A stretch of DNA of 63,395 nt, the filler included, from Octopus bimaculoides (lineage: Eukaryota), in assembly GCF_001194135.2 (NCBI RefSeq). It is 9 parts of 8 records of this genome, joined end to end, with 100 filler letters (N's around TTAATTAATTAA, not from the genome) between each part and the next. Parts side by side here need not be neighbours in the genome. Positions count along the whole stretch, not along the records: positions 45,004 to 59,698 come from NC_068997.1; positions 59,799 to 63,395 come from NC_068989.1; 7 more parts are not named here. One strand, 5' to 3'. Position 1 is the first letter of the stretch. Every line of letters starts with the position of its first letter. A model generated the notes under the pieces. That model searched no databases. It worked only from the letters and a program-made list of their open reading frames with translations, and had not been told where the DNA came from. The translations under genes and the position numbers were made by a program. This document shows, piece after piece, positions 53,639 to 63,395 of the stretch.

Positions 53639-55094
53639 CCCAGTTAGCTTAGAGTGTTGAAGACACACATTAATCATATTGGTTTATTAAGTAAGGAGGC
53701 GGTGGTGGGGTTGCCTGTACTTTCTAACGGTGCTAATTCAATTAGATGATAACATTTTTGTTCCTTTTTATCAAATTTCTCGGTTTTTGGCAGTACAAGG
53801 ACACATGCACATAGAAGAAACGGTGAGAGAGAGGAAAGGAAGAGAGAGAGGAAGAGGGAAGGAAGGAAAGAGAGACAGACAGGGATAGAGACGGTGAGAC
53901 ATAGACACAGAGTGAGACAGAGAAACAGAGAGAGAGAGAGAGAAAGATATACAGACACATATACACACATTTGTCAAGAATGGGTACATTTGAATGAATC
54001 ATCGTTACCCCCTAGTAACGGATCTCCGTCGGTTGCGACGACGCGTATTCGAGTGTTCGATCAACTTAGGTATCTGCTCATTAAATTTACAAGTAAGTTG
54101 TTGAGTATCCCGCAGACAAGTGTTTCTTTAACGTAATTCTCAGGTGGAATCCATGTAACATAGTGTTATATGACTGGATCTTCAAATGATTCGCCTAACG
54201 AAAAAAAATTTCTTTTAGTACTGCGGCCCGACTGATGACATGCATTGTCTAATGCGGCCCACTGCTCGAAAAAAAGAAACAGGTTGCCCATGTCTGTTGT
54301 ATACAATATACATACAAGTGTAAATACTATCAAATGTAGATGCTTACTGGTATTTAAAAACGAAATATGAACAACCAAATAATCAAAGCGAAAAGAAAAA
54401 AACTGTCTCACATGGAGAGTAAAACATGTGGCGATGGCATCAGCTAATTTGTAATGCCAGCATGATGAATGAGATTCTGTCAAACGCTGTATTTCAGTCT
54501 CGGCTATTGGTGAAAAAAATGAAAGAACATTTGATTGCCATTTCACACTAAAATCCGTTTATTTCTCGTTTAGACTTTCTCTGGACACTCAGAAATTTAT
54601 GGGTAAATACGGATTGTATAGGAACAGCAAACGTAATGACAGAAAGAGAAAAAGAGAGAGACAAAAAGAGAGAGAGAGAATGGATGAGAGAGAGGGAGGA
54701 AGGTGGGATATAGCGCTAGTTATCTTTTAAAGTTATCTTACTAATAGTAAGTAGATAGATGTAGGAATAACGATCAATCTAGTTAGCTGGCTAAGCTTGG
54801 CAAACTAACTAAAAGGATGAATGGATGCAGAGATGAGTAAATATGTATATAGCGACCGGGCGGCACAAGTAACAAAATGGGATGATAGATAGAGACAGAA
54901 AGATAGAGAGACAGACAGAGAGACACAGAGAGACACAGAGAGAGAAAGACAGACAGAGAAACAGAGACAGAGAGGACGCATGCATATGTACATTGTTAAC
55001 TCTCACACATACACACACATACACGAACACATATCTACACGCGCTCAAACTATTTCCAGAAAATAATTAATAGATAAATATATATCACTGGACG

Positions 55095-55136
<42 letters not shown>

Positions 55137-55951
55137 TTCAAGAAAAAGAAACAATTAATGATGTAAATTCCTTTTTACAATTTTGTCTTTGTTCCATCTT
55201 ATTGAAAATGAAATTCCTATTTACTATGAAGTTTCTGAATATATAAAATCATTATCAAACACACACATATATATATATAAAGCAAAAAACTGCTGGAAAA
55301 CCATATAGAGTGCCTTATAGTAATCAATCCGGCTGTGTGATGCACGTTCGTGATACGCCGAGATGTACTGTATTCTGCATCTTTTCAGGGGCACTTTAGC
55401 AAATAACGTTACAACACCATTACTTTCTTTCTATCTTTCCGTCTTTTTTTTTTTTTTTTTTTTGGTATGTATTGTTTCTTTAATTTACATCTCCAACCTT
55501 ATCGCATTGCGTCACGTTATGCCAACCTGATAATTACGGTTACACGTGTCTCTTGAATACCAAATTGCTTGTACATTGATTTCATAAGTTAGAATAGGCT
55601 TGATTGAACAATTGAAACTCATCGTCGAGACCGACGGAGAATCCACAACAGTCATATACGTATACAAATATAGACGATATGCAGACACACACAATCACAC
55701 ACACATACACTACACTACACACACACACACGCACAAATACAGAAACACACGCACACACAAACACACACACACACATACAAAGACAAACAAGCACACTCAC
55801 ATCAACGCAGTGCCTCGCAAAACACACATATATATTTGTATTTAAGTATGTATATGAAAACGAATATATATGTGTGCGTGTGTGTGTGTGTGTGTGTGTA
55901 TGTATGCATGTATGTATGTTTATGTATATATATATATATGTGTGAGTGTGT

Positions 55952-55994
<43 letters not shown>

Positions 55995-56077
55995 NNNNNN
56001 NNNNNNNNNNNNNNNNNNNNNNNNNNNNNNNNNNNNNNNNNNNNNNNNNNNNNNNNNNNNNNNNNNNNNNNNNNNNN

Positions 56078-56150
<73 letters not shown>

Positions 56151-56547
56151 ATGGGGGTGCGCGCGTGCTGTATAGTCTTCAGGTATTTATGTGTGTAAGA
56201 AAACAAAGTAAAGCTGTCCAATTGTTGCTATGAGTAAATTGTTTCCTTTCCACCACAGTAAGGGGCTGGAGTGGGAAAAAAAGACCAAGTGGGAATATTT
56301 TTACATGTTCGTTTTGAAGCAATTCGCTTGCTGGCCACGTTGTCGTTTATGGAAGAATGTAATTATCACAGGAATAACAATTTTGGTGAGCCATGATTGA
56401 AAAGCGACTAATAATGTATATGTGTGTGTGCGTGTGTGTACATATGTGCGTGTGTGTATGTGTACATGTATACATATGAATATATATATGTATATATATG
56501 CGGCGCTGTATATATAGTAATTTGTTTGTCTGTAGATATGTATTTAT

Positions 56548-56590
<43 letters not shown>

Positions 56591-56713
56591 TTTCTTCACA
56601 CACGCGCATATACACACACATACATACACACATACACGCATGCACACATACACATACACATATACAGACATATATATCTATAACTTTATATATATTACAT
56701 TACATTTTATGAT

Positions 56714-56750
<37 letters not shown>

Positions 56751-57826
56751 NNNNNNNNNNNNNNNNNNNNNNNNNNNNNNNNNNNNNNNNNNNNNNNNNN
56801 NNNNNNNNNNNNNNNNNNNNNNNNNNNNNNNNNNNNNNNNNNNNNNNNNNNNNNNNNNNNNNNNNNNNNNNNNNNNNNNNNNNNNNNNNNNNNNNNNNNN
56901 NNNNNNNNNNNNNNNNNNNNNNNNNNNNNNNNNNNNNNNNNNNNNNNNNNNNNNNNNNNNNNNNNNNNNNNNNNNNNNNNNNNNNNNNNNNNNNNNNNNN
57001 NNNNNNNNNNNNNNNNNNNNNNNNNNNNNNNNNNNNNNNNNNNNNNNNNNNNNNNNNNNNNNNNNNNNNNNNNNNNNNNNNNNNNNNNNNNNNNNNNNNN
57101 NNNNNNNNNNNNNNNNNNNNNNNNNNNNNNNNNNTATATATAGATAGATAGATAGATGCGTGTGAGTGTAAGTGAATTTATGCATGTATGTATGCATATA
57201 TTCATATGCACGTATGTATGCGCTTATGCCTTTGTAGGTAAGCATGTATATTTCCTGCTTCCGTTATCGCTACTATCACCCCGCTCAACTATTCGCTAAT
57301 TTATGGAGATGAGTTTTAAGATATTCTCTGTTCACACAAAACACATTATTCATATACAGATAACACACATATAAATACCCCCGCGGGTATAAGTAATGGT
57401 ACATTCACGTGTATTTATCGATGTATTCATGTGTGTGTGTGTGTGTGCATGTACGTGTGTTCGTGCATGTGTAGTATTTGTCTGTTTTTGTGTGTTTGTA
57501 TGTTTGTACGTTTATGTATGTATTTCGTAATTCTTCTTTGTACAATCAGGGCCTCGAAGACAAATTTTACGGAGTGAAATAACTCCGCTTTCGGGTCCCA
57601 GGAAGAGGATTCTCTCAAAATACGAAGAGGTCCAGGAGTTTTTTTGTTTCTATTTATTGATTCATATATCGTTTACCGTTTACTTATTTTATCCATTGGA
57701 TTGCAGCCATGCTCGAGCACCGCCTTGACGGATTAACCCCACTACTTACTCTTAAAGTCACGGAGACAAATACAAACGAACACCGGTTGTCAAGCGGTGG
57801 TAGGGAACACACGCAAGCAAAACATG

Positions 57827-57887
<61 letters not shown>

Positions 57888-59022
57888 NNNNNNNNNNNNN
57901 NNNNNNNNNNNNNNNNNNNNNNNNNNNNNNNNNNNNNNNNNNNNNNNNNNNNNNNNNNNNNNNNNNNNNNNNNNNNNNNNNNNNNNNNNNNNNNNNNNNN
58001 NNNNNNNNNNNNNNNNNNNNNNNNNNNNNNNNNNNNNNNNNNNNNNNNNNNNNNNNNNNNNNNNNNNNNNNNNNNNNNNNNNNNNNNNNNNNNNNNNNNN
58101 NNNNNNNNNNNNNNNNNNNNNNNNNNNNNNNNNNNNNNNNNNNNNNNNNNNNNNNNNNNNNNNNNNNNNNNNNNNNNNNNNNNNNNNNNNNNNNNNNNNN
58201 NNNNNNNNNNNNNNNNNNNNNNNNNNNNNNNNNNNNNNNNNNNNNNNNNNNNNNNNNNNNNNNNNNNNNNNNNNNNNNNNNNNNNNNNNNNNNNNNNNNN
58301 NNNNNNNNNNNNNNNNNNNNNNNNNNNNNNNNNNNNNNNNNNNNNNNNNNNNNNNNNNNNNNNNNNNNNNNNNNNNNNNNNNNNNNNNNNNNNNCGTGCG
58401 TGCGTGCGTGCGTGCGTGCGTGCGTATGTGAGCGTGTACGTATTTGCGTCTTTGTGTCTCCATTGTAGCTATCAATCAAAGATTTAAGTTCAAATATTTC
58501 CTTATGGTTCGCTTCTGTAACATTGTGGAATGTAATCTTTTATGATGTCGTCCTGACGATAACAAAAAAGAAACAAAAAATCGATGTCCAACATGTCTAC
58601 TGATCGGATATCAATGGATCTTCTAGGAACATTTTGCCAGAAGACAAGGCACCATGTTCGTGAATTTCCCGCTTGTGTGGGTACAACTGAGTGCGAAGAA
58701 TGAATAAAATCAACCGAGAGGCCTTTTAGTGACCAAAAAAAGTTCACCGAATCGATATTCGGATACACATGGGCAGAGGAGGAGACCACTAAGAGTCAAT
58801 ACGATCTACTAGAAATATCCACCAAATCTTCCTCAAATCATATCCTATCGACTTAAAATTGAACGATCTATTCTAAAATGCGCATGAAATATATGTATAA
58901 GTGTTTGTACACACGCGCGCGCACACACATACGAACATACACACACATATATGTAGTGTACGTATATATATATATATATATATATGTATTCTTTTATTCT
59001 TTTACTTGTTTCNNNNNNNNNN

Positions 59023-59064
<42 letters not shown>

Positions 59065-59228
59065 CTATGTCTATGTGTGTGTATGCGTGTGTGTGTGTTG
59101 TATCTATTCAGATGCCAAGCAGCATGATGTCTTAGCCAGAATGTTTATATAACAGAATAAATGTGAGAGAAAAAGAAAAGAAAGAGAGGCTGGATAAACC
59201 GACAGACAGACAGAGAAAAATACATTGC

Positions 59229-59262
<34 letters not shown>

Positions 59263-59399
59263 CATACATACATACATACATACATACATACATAAAACAC
59301 GCATAGCATATATATATGTACGTGCAGATAGACAGAGAAGCACACATGCGTATACACACCCACACGCATGCATACACACAGATACATGCTTTTATATAG

Positions 59400-59630
59400 G
59401 CGGCGTGCTGGCAGAAACGTTAGCACGCCGGGCGAAATGCTTAGCGGTATTTCGTCTGCCGCTACGTTCTGAGTTCAAAATCCGCCGAGGTCGACTTTGT
59501 CTTTCATCCTTTCGCGGTCGATAAATTAAGTACCAGTTACGCACTGGGGTCGATGTAATCGACTTAATCCCTTTCTCTGTCCTTGTTTGTCCCCTCTATG
59601 TTTAGCCCCTTGTGGACAAAAAAGACATAA
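59400..59630 (+). mobile_element. Full-length tRNA-derived SINE (same family as the 20247 trimer)
   Basis: ggcggcgtgctggcagaaacgttagc...gttctgagttcaaaatcc...cctttcgcggtcgataaattaagtacc. Confidence 0.9.
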
Positions 59631-59798
59631 GATACATGCTTTTATATATATATATATATACACACACAGAGATAGAGCATATATATATATGCATATATNN
59701 NNNNNNNNNNNNNNNNNNNNNNNNNNNNNNNNNNNNNNNNNNTTAATTAATTAANNNNNNNNNNNNNNNNNNNNNNNNNNNNNNNNNNNNNNNNNNNN

Positions 59799-59831
<33 letters not shown>

Positions 59832-60130
59832 GTATGTATATATACTGTGGGCAGTTGTATAGGACGTATTCGTTAATAGCCAGTGAAATATCCATACGTG
59901 TGTGTGTATACGTGTGTATGTGTATGTGTGTGTGTGTGCGTGTGTGTATAATATATATGAGAATGTTTACGGAAATATAAGCCCCGGACCAATAGATTCA
60001 GGCGCACACAAACGCATATATACACAAGACTATATACACTGTGCGAGACTTGTGTATACGGACGCAGGATCAGGAGTTTTCTCTCTATCTCTCTCTCTCT
60101 TTCTCTCTCTCTCTCACAGACTCACACACA

Positions 60131-60170
<40 letters not shown>

Positions 60171-60181
60171 ANNNNNNNNNN

Positions 60182-60225
<44 letters not shown>

Positions 60226-60753
60226 AACACACACGTGCACGGATATCAAGGCTCCGAGACACTCCCATGTTTAAGAGTTAACGTGTTTGTGTAGTGTGTT
60301 TTCACAGATATGTAAATAACGATTGTCAGTATCCCCCCACACACACACACACATATATACATACTTACATACAGACAAGGCATATAAGTAACGTATAACA
60401 TACATACGCAACATTGATGCACACACACGCAATAATGTACACACAAACACACATATAGTTCGCAGGGTTGTTTGTATGCATGTGTGTATGCGCTCGTGTG
60501 CGTGCGTCAGTGCGTCCGTAATTTTGTTGTTATATGTGGATATGTTGTAAACATAGAGAGATGGGGGAGTCATGGTTCGATCTAGAGGCACGTAAACACA
60601 TAAACACACATTTATAGAGAGAGATAAATAGATACACGCACATACTTACGCAAGAATAGTTAATTGTCACACACTCACACATATACGTGTATATATACAT
60701 TATAAAATTGGATCGCCCGTCGCTATATATATTCTATTACAGATACATATACA

Positions 60754-60792
<39 letters not shown>

Positions 60793-61264
60793 NNNNNNNN
60801 NNNNNNNNNNNNNNNNNNNNNNNNNNNNNNNNNNNNNNNNNNNNNNNNNNNNNNNNNNNNNNNNNNNNNNNNNNNNNNNNNNNNNNNNNNNNNNNNNNNN
60901 NNNNNNNNNNNNNNNNNNNNNNNNNNNNNNNNNNNNNNNNNNNNNNNNNNNNNNNNNNNNNNNNNNNNNNNNNNNNNNNNNNNNNNNNNNNNNNNNNNNN
61001 NNNNNNNNNNNNNNNNNNNNNNNNNNNNNNNNNNNNNNNNNNNNNNNNNNNNNNNNNNNNNNNNNNNNNNNNNNNNNNNNNNNNNNNNNNNNNNNNNNNN
61101 NNNNNNNNNNNNNNNNNNNNNNNNNNNNNNNNNNNNNNNNNNNNNNNNNNNNNNNNNNNNNNNNNNNNNNNNNNNNNNNNNNNNNNNNNNNNTATATATA
61201 TATATGCAAACATACTTTTACCTCCATGTCCATCTATCTAACTATTAATCTATCTGTATAAATC

Positions 61265-61350
<86 letters not shown>

Positions 61351-62017
61351 GTCACAGATACAGACAGACACACACATACATGTACATTATAGCTCTATAC
61401 GATACGCACATACAAATATAACCTCATATACACACACAAACACACATATCCACAATACGCTAAACTCCAGTACGCCACACACACACACACACACGTTACA
61501 AACACGTACATTACAGGAGCATCTTTCTACACGGTGTGGTAAGTGTGTGCTACGGAATACGTCACCAATCTCACACACACACACACACACACATACTCAC
61601 GCACAGCCATATACATATGTTGCCGCACACACATCCACACACATACACTCACACACACACACGCACACACGCACACACGCACACACGCACCTGCCTACAA
61701 AGGTTCTCTCTGTGTCTTTGCATTATGAAATGACTATATCGTCTCAAACCATTAAAACGATCGTGGAAGCGGATTCGCTAAGTCAACACCACCACACAAG
61801 GTAAGCTTCGTTGATGCTGTTGTTGTTGTTGTGGTTGTTGTTCAAATTTTCTTACTTTGTTTTCGTACACCACGGACCGGGTCAGTCTGGAGCACAAACT
61901 TACAAGATGACATACCTAGGCATCAGTTGTATATTTCTTTGCATTTCTCTATTTTCCAATTTCTTATCAAGGCCTTTTTTTAATGTATGTGTGACGTGTT
62001 TATTATACATTCATAAG

Positions 62018-62051
<34 letters not shown>

Positions 62052-62788
62052 NNNNNNNNNNNNNNNNNNNNNNNNNNNNNNNNNNNNNNNNNNNNNNNNN
62101 NNNNNNNNNNNNNNNNNNNNNNNNNNNNNNNNNNNNNNNNNNNNNNNNNNNNNNNNNNNNNNNNNNNNNNNNNNNNNNNNNNNNNNNNNNNNNNNNNNNN
62201 NNNNNNNNNNNNNNNNNNNNNNNNNNNNNNNNNNNNNNNNNNNNNNNNNNNNNNNNNNNNNNNNNNNNNNNNNNNNNNNNNNNNNNNNNNNNNNNNNNNN
62301 NNNNNNNNNNNNNNNNNNNNNNNNNNNNNNNNNNNNNNNNNNNNNNNNNNNNNNNNNNNNNNNNNNNNNNNNNNNNNNNNNNNNNNNNNNNNNNNNNNNN
62401 NNNNNNNNNNNNNNNNNNNNNNNNNNNNNNNNNNNNNNNNNNNNNNNNNNNNNNNNNNNNNNNNNNNNNNNNNNNNNNNNNNNNNNNNNNNNNNNNNNNN
62501 NNNNNNNNNNNNNNNNNNNNNNNNNNNNNNNNNNNNNNNNNNNNNNNNNNNNNNNNNNNNNNNNNNNNNNNNNNNNNNNNNNNNNNNNNNNNNNNNNNNN
62601 NNNNNNNNNNNNNNNNNNNNNNNNNNNNNNNNNNNNNNNNNNNNNNNNNNNNNNNNNNNNNNNNNNNNNNNNNNNNNNNNNNNNNNNNNNNNNNNNNNNN
62701 NNNNNNNNNNNNNNNNNNNNNNNNNNNNNNNNNNNNNNNNNNNNNNNNNNNNNNNNNNNNNNNNNNNNNNNNNNNNNNNNNNNNNNNN

Positions 62789-62832
<44 letters not shown>

Positions 62833-62898
62833 AAGAGAATAGGGGGACAGAAAGAAAGAGATATGATGGAAGAGAGAGAAAGAGATAGACAGACAGAC

Positions 62899-62969
<71 letters not shown>

Positions 62970-63004
62970 CAGACAGATAGATAGATAGATAGATAGATAG
63001 ACAG

Positions 63005-63041
<37 letters not shown>

Positions 63042-63395
63042 AACAGAAAGAGAGACAAGGAGAGAGAGAGAGAGAGAGAGAGAAACAAACGACACACAGA
63101 CACAGGCTAATATACATCGTGACGATAATACCTAACAGTGTCTCAACCTGTCGCACCTTACGAATAGGATCCAGATGTACCTTTCGAGTCGGGTGGTGTG
63201 GGTGTAAGGGGTCTCTGTGTGTGCACGCATGAATGTACACGCGCATAGATGTATATACGTATATATATATACATATATGTGTGTGTGTGCGCGCGCTTGT
63301 GTTGTATATGTGTATACATGTGTGTACATTCTCATCAATTACAAGCATACAAACATAGACGCACCCACACATACATAAGCATATATATATATATA

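Noticed and set aside
55512-55694. Minus-strand ORF ...FNCSIKPILTYEINVQAIWYSRDTCNRNYQ with a CAG|gttggc donor
   Set aside because: No credible acceptor, no recognisable family and no partner exon.
63110-63225. Unique GC-balanced island among microsatellites, and a similar one at 51600-51940
   Set aside because: No frame gave a recognisable protein or a consistent acceptor/donor pair.

Overview
AT-rich, gap-riddled eukaryotic genomic scaffold. The SINE families and dense (TA)/(CA)/(GATA)/(ATT) microsatellites point to a cephalopod, probably Octopus; this is an inference from repeat content. Two spliced genes can be assembled by hand, both on the minus strand. (1) Seven internal exons of the amino-acid transporter SLC38A10 lie at 44517-38735, with a possible terminal exon at 36541; all joins are phase-consistent, and the 5' coding exons were not found. 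(2) The N-terminal exons of a Cys-loop ligand-gated ion channel of the GlyR/GluCl-like anion-channel type lie at 7954-7884 and 3817-3750, with a probable signal-peptide exon at 19858-19768. The rest is tRNA-derived SINEs, decayed R4/Dong and CR1 LINEs, mariner/maT/hAT relics and MITEs, microsatellites and assembly gaps. Nearly all long ORFs in the supplied track are N-run or microsatellite artefacts. The most unusual observations are: an SLC38A10 intron built from about 10 tandem copies of its own downstream splice-acceptor junction; an SLC38A10 acceptor that sits on an (ATT)n tract occupied by a Dong-type LINE; a mariner derivative with two 5' ends forming a long hairpin; and a divergent Cys-loop receptor with a splice-phase gap implying an unseen small exon.
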